A stretch of DNA of 64,000 nt. It comes from Naegleria gruberi (taxonomy: Eukaryota). Location of the stretch: NCBI GenBank assembly GCA_000004985.1, contig GG738848.1, one strand, 5' to 3'. Shown one piece after another: positions 21,708 through 31,398 of this stretch. The notes beneath the pieces were generated by a model. It worked only from the letters and a program-made list of their open reading frames with translations. It was not told where the DNA came from and did no database searches. A program made the translations under genes and the position numbers. Numbering within the stretch: the first letter of the stretch is position 1; the number at the start of each line of letters is the position of its first letter.

Positions 21708-21896
21708 ATCTTTCTCGGCCAATTGGCTTTGATCGAGTGTAGTATCTGTTCTTTTCAGTTTAATAGCTGAAAGCAGCTCACGGGTTGCATCTACTATTAA
21801 CTCAATTTTTTGTAGGGATCAGGGTTTGAGCTTAATTGCTCACTTTGATTTGGTTTCAATCAGACATTGCACAAACCGTCAGATTAGGAGCCACCT
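21708..21896 (+). ncRNA. U2 spliceosomal snRNA.
   Basis: ATCTTTCTCGGCCAATTGGCTTTGATCGAGTGTAGTATCTGTTCTTTTCAGTTTAATAGCTGA..., the canonical U2 5' end. It has the GUAGUA branch-site-recognition element and an Sm site AATTTTTTG. Confidence 0.85.
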
Positions 21897-22290
21897 AACT
21901 CTTTTAATTAATTGAAAATCATTGTTCAAATACAATCTCAATGAGTTTTTCCGAGCATGTATGATGATAAATTAAACATGATGAGAGAGACTCACAACAG
22001 TCCATCAACCACTTAAGCAAGATGAAGTTTAGGAAGTCCAACACAAGAAATTGATGTTTTGGGTTTGTGTGAAAATAAACTACTATATATTATAGTTGTA
22101 AATTGCCAAGCCGTTTCAGCAATTTTTTAAAAAGGTAACACGTGGTTCTCATCATCATTTTTAATATTCTTGATGAATACTCAATATTATTGGACAATCT
22201 TTTCAGAATAGATAATAGACATGTTGGAGAGGATAATGATATAAAATAAGTAACATGGCATAAAAAGTTGAGTGATAAAGAAGCAAAAGT

Positions 22291-22371
22291 TGCAGAAGGT
22301 GGGATTTGAACCCACGAAGCTTGCGCAGTAGAACTTGAGTCTACCCCCTTTGACCACTCGGGAACCCCTGC
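22291..22371 (-). tRNA. tRNA-Leu (CAA), type II with a long variable arm.
   Basis: T-arm GTGGGTTCAAATCCCAC, anticodon stem-loop GTAGA-CTCAAGT-TCTAC, and an acceptor stem with two G-U pairs. Confidence 0.75.
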
Positions 22372-22955
22372 TTCATGTCATTGAACTAAATGTTGGTAAT
22401 ATATAATACTACCATCATTACTGAGCTCGTTCGTATTGTTTTGGAGTTAGATTTCTCTAGACCTTGTTATGACTTTTTCAGCCCTCTAATGACCTAATAA
22501 TACACTAAATCCAGAACGGAATCTATTCGGATAATGAATCTTTCTTTTGATTCAATCGCAAATACAGACAATTTCACATCTAATGCAATAATTTTGCTCC
22601 TTTATCATGAATGAATAGTGCAAGAATTCTTCATCTGTTCTAACAATAACTCCACTCAAAATAAAATTCTCAAAATTTAAACACATTACGACGGATCATT
22701 TACATTAAATTCTTGTTGATTAATACTACTTGAATTGTGGTTACTACTACTTGGAAGTACAAACAATTTCATTGACTTTCAAATTGGATTTGTTTTGCAT
22801 TTTTTTGAACCAGAAAATTATCAACAAAATATTAACAACGATATCTCCTTGTTAATGAAAGATTTTTAACATCTTTCCAAATAATAAGAATAATAATTTA
22901 ATAATTTTTTTGAATTTATTGTGGTGCACCCATACCGTATGGTAGAGTGAAACAT

Positions 22956-23384
22956 TTATCTGTATGACTTTTGGAAACGAGCTCTAGCCTTACGACCACC
23001 GAACTTCTTTGGTTCTCTTCTTCTTGGATCAGCAACGAGGAGGGATCTATCGAATTCCAACAAAGCTTGCTTGATTTCTCTCTTTTGAGCTTCATCAACA
23101 TACTTTTGATAGTAAGAGACGAGACCCTTGCAGATAGCTTGTCTGATAGCATAGACTTGAGAAACCTTACCACCACCTCTGGTTCTGATTCTGATGTCAA
23201 CACCCTTGAATTTATCCTTACCCAACAAGAGAACAGGTTCGAAAAGCTTGAATCTCAAGATTTCTGGTTGGATGTGTTCGAGTGGAGTACCGTTAACTTT
23301 GATGAGACCTTGACCCTTTCTACATTGGGCAACGGCAATAGCAGTCTTCTTCTTACCGAAGGTTTGAACGAGTTCAGCAGACAT
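22956..23384 (-). CDS. rps16: 40S ribosomal protein S16 (uS9).
   Basis: ...[27 protein letters not shown]...[46 protein letters not shown]...[24 protein letters not shown]. Confidence 0.9.
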   Translation of the reverse strand: MSAELVQTFGKKKTAIAVAQCRKGQGLIKVNGTPLEHIQPEILRFKLFEPVLLLGKDKFKGVDIRIRTRGGGKVSQVYAIRQAICKGLVSYYQKYVDEAQKREIKQALLEFDRSLLVADPRRREPKKFGGRKARARFQKSYR

Positions 23385-23677
23385 GGCGTTTAGTTATTTT
23401 TTTTCAACAAAATTTCCAAATTTTTGCGGTTTACCACTCACTGGTTGGTATTACAATAAAAATTTTGTACCTGCAAAAGCACCTTGTCCAGCTGCGACGA
23501 ACAATAATAAAAAGGCAACACGCTTGCCCTTTACCATCATAATTATTTAAAATTTAATGAATATGTTATCTTACTAACAACATTGTTATGCTCTGAAGGC
23601 TTATTCTTAATAGCTTCCAATATCCTTCTCATCAGTCGATATAGTGTCATCTAAATGTTTTTAATTAATTTAATTCT

Positions 23678-25405
23678 TTAATAATTAAAATCAAAGGGAG
23701 GAACATCATCAAGATGATGACGAGGATTATCAGTCGAACAACAAATAATAGGAAGGAGAGCTTCAAATAGGCTTTCATCTTCATGCATCCAAGCTGGTAA
23801 TAACATTGAATCATCAACCTTCCTATCTTCCTCTTCTTCATCAAATAGGGAAATATTATGGTGTTTCAAGTAATCTTCAAACACCTGACAATCATCCAAA
23901 TGTTCATAAGGTTCCCAAGTCTCATCTGGATAACCCAACCATTGAATATGATACAAGTAGGATTTTCTAGATTGATCACTTCCCTTGAATACTTTTTCAT
24001 GGTCAACAATAACCTTGATGGTATATTCCTCTGTGGTTGGTTTGGGTTCATACTGTTGATATTCCTCTTCATCACTTTCCTCTTGTTTATCATCACCACA
24101 TTCATTGAAGAGGGCATAATTTCTCTTGATAGGTTTTCTCTTCTCTGTGAGGATTAAACTCTGGTCAAGGCAATCATCACCAAGCTTCTTCTTCATTCTC
24201 TGGCTTTGATAGTAGGGATGGTCAGCTTTGAAAGCATTGAGTGCTTGCCTTTGTCCCATTCCACAATAGACCTTGCTGTGTTTGAAATGTGAACGATGAG
24301 CAAAAAAGATGAAGGAAAATCTCTTCTGTTCATAATCATTGGAAGGCTCTTTGGATGATTGAACTGGGTTGTCTCCATCAGTGGGTTCTTGCTTTGGACA
24401 AGTATTGATAAGAGTTGGAGTATTATCATCAGCTTGAGGATTATTCAATGTTGGAGAAGAATTTTCACAAATTTTCACATCATCAACTTCAGTTTGGGAA
24501 GAATTGGCAAGTGGAAAACTTTGAGGACGAGTTGGAGAAACAGCATGACGATACTTGTTAGCTCTCAGCAAGACAACATCACCTGCTTGAATGTGGACAA
24601 GTGTTTTTGGAGTATGTTCATTCACTCGAATCAATTGAAGGGATCCACCTCCAAATTTTCCCATATAGAACATGGCAGAGATTCCCATATCATTTCTGTC
24701 ACGATGATTTGTCTTTGGACGATTGACTTTATCTGTAGACTTATATGAGCCTTGGAATTTCTCCTTGACTGATTCATTTCTTGTTGGAATCATGTTGAAA
24801 CATACAACTGGAGTTTGACCTCTTTCTGTCAATTTGGATAATTTAGCAAATAGTTTGGGATTTGCCAATTCCAAAATATGTTGAAAGGTATCATGTAAGA
24901 GAGCTTGTATCTGTTTCACTTTGGTATCAACTAGCTCAAATCGAAAGCTATCAGCACATTTGTATCCCATTGGCATATTCATTGTCCACCATCCAGAAAA
25001 GAAACTTCCCTTATCAATATCCTTTTCAGTAGCTAACCATTCACTCATCTCCCTACAAAGTTGAGTGCATTCTTCCAATAGACTTGGAGGCAATACTGAT
25101 TTCAACAAGGCCATTTCAACCATTCCTTCTTTTGTGACGATAATAGTATTTGAGGAGATTTCTTTTGGAATGGTATCATTTACACCATATACTGATAGAA
25201 TGGGTTCATTGGATTGAATATTATTTCCTTTAAGGAATTCCCATTCTTTTATCATTTTGTAAACTCTAGTTTTACCAGATTCATCTATGCTTTTCTCATT
25301 TTCCCAACACACTCTTGTTAAGGCTTGAGCTTTCAAAAATTGTTTCTTTCGTCTTCTGTGTTTGGGTTTCTTCTTGTCGTGCTGAGATACATGCAGTGGA
25401 CCCAT
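23678..25405 (-). CDS. AlkB-family 2OG-Fe(II) dioxygenase fused to a C-terminal chromodomain.
   Basis: HRDRNDMGISAMFYMGKFGGGSLQL...IQAGDVVLLRANKYRHAVSP...RFSFIFFAHR gives the HxD...H...RxS dioxygenase pattern. The C-terminus has YTIKVIVDHEKVFKGSDQSRKSYLYHIQWLGYPDETWEPYEHLDDCQVFEDYLK, a chromo fold. Confidence 0.65.
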   Translation of the reverse strand: MGPLHVSQHDKKKPKHRRRKKQFLKAQALTRVCWENEKSIDESGKTRVYKMIKEWEFLKGNNIQSNEPILSVYGVNDTIPKEISSNTIIVTKEGMVEMALLKSVLPPSLLEECTQLCREMSEWLATEKDIDKGSFFSGWWTMNMPMGYKCADSFRFELVDTKVKQIQALLHDTFQHILELANPKLFAKLSKLTERGQTPVVCFNMIPTRNESVKEKFQGSYKSTDKVNRPKTNHRDRNDMGISAMFYMGKFGGGSLQLIRVNEHTPKTLVHIQAGDVVLLRANKYRHAVSPTRPQSFPLANSSQTEVDDVKICENSSPTLNNPQADDNTPTLINTCPKQEPTDGDNPVQSSKEPSNDYEQKRFSFIFFAHRSHFKHSKVYCGMGQRQALNAFKADHPYYQSQRMKKKLGDDCLDQSLILTEKRKPIKRNYALFNECGDDKQEESDEEEYQQYEPKPTTEEYTIKVIVDHEKVFKGSDQSRKSYLYHIQWLGYPDETWEPYEHLDDCQVFEDYLKHHNISLFDEEEEDRKVDDSMLLPAWMHEDESLFEALLPIICCSTDNPRHHLDDVPPFDFNY

Positions 25406-25619
25406 TTTTTGTGAGAAATTATTAAAACAACCATAAATCGTTTGAATTTATTACAATCTAATGTGAAAATCTGAGGATTCTCTTTGATTCTGAAATGAAA
25501 GAGTTGATGACGGTGAGCCGCGACTTGCAGTTGTCCTCAAATTTTTTGAATTGTTTATTTAAATAAATTAATTTTATGGAATAGTTAAGAAATTAAATAT
25601 TTAATTGTTTATAATAAAA

Positions 25620-26693
25620 TTATTGAACAGGAGTGGCAATATTTGTTGGATCCAATAAAGGAGCAGCACCAGGTATGGAGAAGAGTGGCTTGGCATAACT
25701 AAATGTAAGGAAGAAGAATAATGGGATTTGGAGAATTGCCACAATGAAAATGAAATAATTTCTTTTGGCTGTATTAGTATCCAACCTTAATCTCATACTA
25801 TTGTCTGAGGAGTGAACACTAGATCTTCTCAAAGATTTAATCATGAAAGTAACCATCATAATTCCAAGGATTAATAAAGAAGGATAATAGGCATAATTTC
25901 CAAATAATAATGACAATACTAGAGTGATGATAATGCCAATATACTTGTAGCCAGAGAATGCAGCAACATCAAGTACACCCAAGCTGCTTTGAACACCCAA
26001 GGCATAAAATCCAAATTTCACAATGGCAATTTCCAAAAGTGATGTTATAAATCCTTTCATTCCGATACTGTACAACAATTCAGGTTTAAATTCCTTGTGT
26101 GCTCCCATAATAAAACAAACCAATAATACATAGGTAATATATCCCATCAATGGAATATACAAATCAGGGTCACTTAAATGACGTTCTTGAGTTTGATTTT
26201 GGTTATTATTATTGTATTCATAGCTTGTATCAAACTTTTTAAATGGGAATAAAACAAGGAGTAATTTTCTGCTCACATAACTATTAGTAACATTAAAATA
26301 ACATTTAAGTCCATCAAACCATTGCCAATATCTACTAGTCACTTCATTAGTCTTTTCTCCTACACTTCCATATAATTGATTCACTCCCATGTTGATCATA
26401 AAATCAGCTGTTGGATTTTGAAAAAGATTAGCACCAGCTGATGTATTATTACCGAAAAATCCTCCAAATAAACCACCAAAACCTGGAGCATTCATTCCTT
26501 GATTATTCATCGAACCATCCATTGCTCCCGAAGAATTATCCATCATTTGTGGGGATGAAGCTCCTCCTATACTTCTCGAACTAAATCCAGAGTCAAAGAA
26601 ATCAAGAGATTGTTGTGGTGTTGGTGAGGTTGGATCGAAAGAGCTTGGAAAGCTTCCAACATCATCGAAAAGGGCACTTCTACGATCGTTCAT
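25620..26693 (-). CDS. YIF1-family (Yip1-interacting factor) Golgi membrane protein.
   Basis: YWQWFDGLKCYFNVTNSYVSRKLLLVLFPF plus multiple C-terminal transmembrane segments. The N-terminus is Gly/Phe-rich. Confidence 0.7.
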   Translation of the reverse strand: MNDRRSALFDDVGSFPSSFDPTSPTPQQSLDFFDSGFSSRSIGGASSPQMMDNSSGAMDGSMNNQGMNAPGFGGLFGGFFGNNTSAGANLFQNPTADFMINMGVNQLYGSVGEKTNEVTSRYWQWFDGLKCYFNVTNSYVSRKLLLVLFPFKKFDTSYEYNNNNQNQTQERHLSDPDLYIPLMGYITYVLLVCFIMGAHKEFKPELLYSIGMKGFITSLLEIAIVKFGFYALGVQSSLGVLDVAAFSGYKYIGIIITLVLSLLFGNYAYYPSLLILGIMMVTFMIKSLRRSSVHSSDNSMRLRLDTNTAKRNYFIFIVAILQIPLFFFLTFSYAKPLFSIPGAAPLLDPTNIATPVQ

Positions 26694-26875
26694 TTTTTTT
26701 AATTATTTAATTCTTATTGACACGTATTTGCTGTATCATCTCATTAACAAATAGAAAAAGAGTAAATAATGACAACGCTTTTGGTGCATTCTAACGAAAG
26801 CGATTTTGGAAAACGATGATTATAGATAATATAAAATGATTGAATATTGTTTATTCATTAATAAAATAAACACAA

Positions 26876-26948
26876 GCAGCGATAGATCAGTTGGTTAGAT
26901 CGTAAGCCTAACACGCTTAAGGTCGCGGGTTCAAGCCCCGCTCGCTGT
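26876..26948 (+). tRNA. tRNA-Val (AAC).
   Basis: D-arm GATCAGTTGGTTAGATC, anticodon loop CTAACAC, T-arm GCGGGTTCAAGCCCCGC. Confidence 0.8.
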
Positions 26949-27075
26949 ATCCTTTTACTATTAAATGACATCATTGATCTTTTTAGAGTGAGAAAAAGAC
27001 TTAGATGCTATAGATGTGAAATAAGATCCATGCCATCTTTTAAGAATTGAACCTTTTGAGGTACAAGGATATAAT

Positions 27076-28215
27076 TTATTGGTATGAAAGTAAACCAAAT
27101 CTTTCGTTGTTGGTACTTGCATTTGAGCTTGCAAACATTTTGATAACCAAAGGAGGGATCAATAAAACTAGTGGAATAGACAGAGTACGGAAAAGATAAC
27201 CATTCAAGAATCCATTATTTACAGTCATATCCTTCAAACTATCACTACATTCTTCATGGAGAGTGGTTGCAACACAATCCTTAACACTTGAATATTTCTT
27301 TACAAATCCTGGTTGACCATTAACTTGTAATTTTCTAGAGACTGTATCAAATGGATACAGTAAGAAATAGATTAAACTCTTAAAGAGATAACTTCTGGCA
27401 ATAAACATGAGTTTACCCTTCAAGAATTCCTTTGGTTTACCAAGAGTTTCTGTCAATTGAGAGTAGAAATTCTTCATGCCTTGTTTTGTGACATCCTTCC
27501 AAGAACCAAAGAGTTTGCCCTTTTCTTGGACAACATTTTCCACATAGGCATTCAATAAATGAGTTGGTGTTGATACAAATACAGTTCTAAATAAGAAACC
27601 TCTATAGAAAGCATGTGAAATAATTGAAAAGAAACTTGCTTGTTCACCAGAGTTTTCCAATTCTTCCTTACTATCACTATACATTTGACGAATACAATCC
27701 AATAACCCTTTGAATTGGAATGTTTGTCCACCAATAAATTTACCATCCTCTGATCTATCAGCCATATAAACAATTTCAATTAAATCCAAAGGATACATGA
27801 CAATATCTGTCAAGATTGAACTGATAGCAATCTTTAAATTATCATTTGAAACTCTTGTCAAGACATGTTTTTGCAAAATGTGTTGAACGGCAAGAGATGG
27901 AATATTCTTCACCAATGTATAAACCAAAGTCTTCCACAATGAAAACAATCCATCATCGGCAGCAATCAATGTTGGTGCACTAAACTTTTCATGGAAATAA
28001 TTCAATTTATCGTGTTCGGGAATTTTAGAACATGATTGAGTTTGCAGAATAATTTGTGTTCGATAAAGTGGATGGATCATGAGTTGTGTTGCTGCTTTAG
28101 CACTCCATGATGGAAGCAGAGCATTCCTGGCAAAGAATAAAACTCGATCACCGTATGATGATGATGGCGGAGATGGAATGATTGAATTTCCGCTTAGAAT
28201 ATCAGCCAGTGCCAT
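27076..28215 (-). CDS. Divergent mitochondrial-carrier (SLC25-like) family protein.
   Basis: Three carrier-like signature segments: HPLYRTQIILQ, YPLDLIEIVYMADRSEDGKF and YPFDTVSRKLQVNGQPG. ATG lies in an aaaaaaaaATGG context. Confidence 0.5.
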   Translation of the reverse strand: MALADILSGNSIIPSPPSSSYGDRVLFFARNALLPSWSAKAATQLMIHPLYRTQIILQTQSCSKIPEHDKLNYFHEKFSAPTLIAADDGLFSLWKTLVYTLVKNIPSLAVQHILQKHVLTRVSNDNLKIAISSILTDIVMYPLDLIEIVYMADRSEDGKFIGGQTFQFKGLLDCIRQMYSDSKEELENSGEQASFFSIISHAFYRGFLFRTVFVSTPTHLLNAYVENVVQEKGKLFGSWKDVTKQGMKNFYSQLTETLGKPKEFLKGKLMFIARSYLFKSLIYFLLYPFDTVSRKLQVNGQPGFVKKYSSVKDCVATTLHEECSDSLKDMTVNNGFLNGYLFRTLSIPLVLLIPPLVIKMFASSNASTNNERFGLLSYQ

Positions 28216-28353
28216 TTTTTTTGATTGTTTTTTAATTTTAGAAAGCAATTTGAAATTGGTTTTTAAATGCAATGATTCAATTTTGATTGGGTTTTAGTGA
28301 GCTGTTGAGAGGAGTGATTGATACATTTTCAAATTAATCAATTTATGGATGGA

Positions 28354-29412
28354 TTATTGAAGATAGGGTTTGATTATTTCATTGGTGATGGAAATGAATT
28401 CGTTTTGGAGTTGTTTGTTGAATGTGAGTGAGCTTGGTTGTGCAATATGACAATCGTGGAAGTATTGGCCAGATATTCCATTCACACTCGAGGAGCAGGC
28501 AAGGTGGAGAGTGTTTTGAGATCCTTGTTCTACATTTTTGAAGAATAACAATTCAATGAGAGAAAATACAATCTTGAAGACAAGTGGCATTTGATTTGAT
28601 GACATCAAGCCAGTTCTTATCGCACCTGGATGGCAACAATTGATTGTAATATTGGCATGTTTTGATTTGCTAATTCTTTCTTCATGAAAATGGAAAGTTT
28701 GATAAATATTGCACAGCTTAGAGAGACCGTACTGCTTGTTAACCTCAAATGAAGAAAGAAGTTTTGGAAGGAAGTTAATTCTTGGTTTTCCGTTTACATA
28801 TTGCTTCATTGAATGGGTTTTTGTGGAGGATTGATAAAAATCATTCTCACTCACAAATTGATGAGCGTTGGAGGCAACAACGACAATTCTAGATCCATTT
28901 GGATTGTTTTCCATATTGCTCCACAACAGTTCAATTAACAAATGGTGAGCAATAGCATTCGAGAATACCATCTCCTCACATTCATATTTTGAATTGTATT
29001 TAATGTCACCAGAGAGGGATCCAGCATTATTAATTAAAACATCAACATGATCAACTTTTTTCAAAATTTCCACAGAGCAATCCTTAACACTTTCCAAATC
29101 ATCCAAATTCAACTTGACAAACTCAAGAGTTCCACAATTTTTAACATTTTTGCATTCGTTGAGAATGTCTCTAATCATTTGTTTGGTCTTTTCCTCGTTT
29201 CTACAGGCCAAAATTACGCGAGCTTGTTTTTTAAATAATTCTATTGCTGTAAATCGTCCAATACCATTAGAGGCACCTGTTATTACAATATTCTTGTTTT
29301 TCAAATTTTGAGGAAGAAATTCCGAAGGTGTTCTTGGTCCATTCACTACATAAATTCGGAGTAAAATATAACCAACAATAATGATGGCACCAACAAGGAG
29401 CAGTGTAAGCAT
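28354..29412 (-). CDS. Short-chain dehydrogenase/reductase (retinol-dehydrogenase/WWOX-like) with an N-terminal membrane anchor.
   Basis: NIVITGASNGIGRFTA is the Rossmann TGxxxGxG motif. Also VDVLINNAG and a YxxxK region. Confidence 0.75.
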   Translation of the reverse strand: MLTLLLVGAIIIVGYILLRIYVVNGPRTPSEFLPQNLKNKNIVITGASNGIGRFTAIELFKKQARVILACRNEEKTKQMIRDILNECKNVKNCGTLEFVKLNLDDLESVKDCSVEILKKVDHVDVLINNAGSLSGDIKYNSKYECEEMVFSNAIAHHLLIELLWSNMENNPNGSRIVVVASNAHQFVSENDFYQSSTKTHSMKQYVNGKPRINFLPKLLSSFEVNKQYGLSKLCNIYQTFHFHEERISKSKHANITINCCHPGAIRTGLMSSNQMPLVFKIVFSLIELLFFKNVEQGSQNTLHLACSSSVNGISGQYFHDCHIAQPSSLTFNKQLQNEFISITNEIIKPYLQ

Positions 29413-29460
29413 TTTTTTAGATTAATTGTAAAGTTGTCAACCAAGATGTTAATGTGAAAA

Positions 29461-30341
29461 TTATTGTTGATGACTTCCGAAGAGAGATTGTGCTCTGGTG
29501 AGTGTCTTGCTCCAAAATAAATTTCTTAATAAACTTCCTTGATTGTCTGATGAAGTGGAAGATGAATCACTTGTCTTGACTGTTGAATTTTTGTCTACAT
29601 TATGATTAGATGCAGTATCAGAAGGAGTTGCAGTAGATTCAGAAGGAGTGACATATTCTTGGCTACTTTCATATTTTGAAAGAATTTTCAATAATTGTTG
29701 AGTTGATTTTGGAGAAATCTTATTTGGAAATTGAATATTGAAATAAATGACCAAATCCCCAAATGTTTCATCCTCTGTTGGCATTCCTTCTCCTTTAACA
29801 CTTTTCAAATGAATTAGAATATTCCTTCATATGAAATCTCTTAAACTTACACATGAAAATAATCTGGAGTAATTAAATTTTGACTATTATCAATTCTAAC
29901 ATCCAACTTTTTCACACCAAATAAATCAATTTGAAAAGAAACCAATTCACTTGTCAATGCTTCTTTCAGAGTAAGAGTATGAACATATTTCAAATGCTCC
30001 TGATCAGGTCCAACTCTCTCCAATTTTAAATCCTTTTCCTTCACTGGTTCCACAATTACAACCAAATCACCAGTTGATGAATTTCTATCCTTTACCTGAT
30101 CATCAAATTCACCTTCTCCTTCAAAAACAATTCTTTTCCGATATTTAAATCCTCTGGGAATTTGTATTTCCCTCTCCACCAACATGGACATGGATTGTCC
30201 TTGAATTCTAACCTTCCGAATGAAGGTAATTAATTTGTTACAACCAAAATATAATTCCCTGAGAGTACATGGGAGAGAAACATAGATATCCAACACAGAA
30301 TTGGTTCGGAATATTGGTGATTCTTCTATTTTAAAATTCAT
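29461..30341 (-). CDS. DnaJ/Hsp40 C-terminal (substrate-binding plus dimerisation) domain protein lacking a J-domain. Exons 30341..29851 and 29800..29461, with a 50-nt GTAAGT..AAG intron.
   Basis: ...LTLKEALTSELVSFQIDLFGVKKLDVRIDNSQNLITPDYFH|VVKGEGMPTEDETFGDLVIYFNIQFP parallels the DNAJB CTD (REAL...G.G.P...GDL..F.V.FP). Confidence 0.6.
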
Positions 30342-30550
30342 AATATTGAATCTTTCTAAAAACAAGTATTTAATGTTTTGGCAATTTTTTTCAATTTTAA
30401 TAATTAATTTTAATAATTTAATCAATTATAATATCAATTAAGAAGTTCTTGAAGGGTTTATCGCGGATATCTAAAAACTCTATTACTGAATCTAATCTCA
30501 ATCATTTTCCATCAACCACTTTAACAAGGTTTCCAAAACCTGAACGTATA

Positions 30551-31177
30551 TCAGAAACTTACCTTAAATGGGTCAATCCAGCTTTCCTTTCTAGAAATAG
30601 TACAATAAAACAATTTCATTGACCTTTCCAATTCTGGGTTGTTAAAACGATCTCCCAAGTTCTCCTCAATTTCCAATACTTTCTCTAAATTTCCAACTTG
30701 TCCATCCTTTAATTTATCGCAATGAGTTCCTAAGATAACTATTGGAACATTTTTCACTTGCTCAATTTCCATAATTTCTTTTAAGGTTTCCTTTGCTTCC
30801 TCAAACCTATTTGTGTCTGCACAATCAACACAATAAACAATTCCACTCAAAACATTTGAATGCAAATCAGTAAGGTTATTTTTCCATTCTTTTTTTCCAC
30901 AGGTATATCCACCATAATCATAAAGATGCTTAATTCGGACATGTTCAGTTTCGATCTGTGCTTGTTCTGCATTAATCATTTTCAATAAATTTGTTTTATC
31001 ATATTCGGAATCAATTAACAATTAATTATAGAAAATTTAAGAAACTCTACCATAAACAATAGTTGGAGGATGGACAGAAATTCTGTTATTGAGCAGATAG
31101 CCAAAGATTGTTGATTTTCCTGAATTCGTTGGTCCGAGGAGGATAACATGATCGAGAAAGGAATGAGAGAGACCCAT
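30551..31177 (-). CDS. Arf/Arl-like small GTPase with degenerate G-motifs. It is two exons; the intron junction near 31010–31060 is uncertain.
   Basis: MGLSHSFLDHVILLGPTNSGKSTIF matches an Arf P-loop. In place of WDVGGQ and NKxD it has YDYGGY and GTHCDK. The C-terminus is an Arf-like helix. Confidence 0.5.
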
Positions 31178-31398
31178 TTTTTTTAATGTTGTAAATAAGG
31201 TCCAACTGTTTACAATATATGATGTATTGAGATAGAGCTTATTCTCTAAAAGTATTCTTAGTGGTTTTTTGAATCGCCTGTTTGAACCAGATTTGTTTCT
31301 TCGTACAGGTAAGTATGAAGGACAAGTTGAAGGAGTGGCTATGAGGAAGGGCCTCAACCAGTTGTATTGTCCTAACAGTTAGAGATATTCATTTCAAA

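Larger units (their letters stand above)
19938..22100. repeat. Left arm of a large inverted repeat. Its partner is at about 51300..53604, and the spacer is about 29 kb.
   Basis: Arm order is tRNA-Pro, tRNA-iMet, GST, 5S, U2, then about 200 bp more. The same order is found reverse-complemented at the right arm. Non-coding identity is roughly 90–95% by eye, and the GST proteins differ at 3 of 239 residues. Confidence 0.85.

Noticed and set aside
21900-22060. Possible box C/D snoRNA just downstream of U2 (…TGATGATAAATTAAACATGATGAGAGAGACTCAC… in both repeat arms)
   Set aside because: Box C-like ATGATGA motifs are present, but I could not find a convincing box D (CUGA) or terminal stem at consistent spacing in both copies. 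The arms also diverge here. It stays speculative and needs snoRNA-prediction software.
22971-23393. 140-aa plus-strand ORF and a 95-aa minus-strand ORF overlapping RPS16
   Set aside because: RPS16 on the minus strand is unambiguous. The overlapping ORFs are antisense or frame-shadow artefacts.
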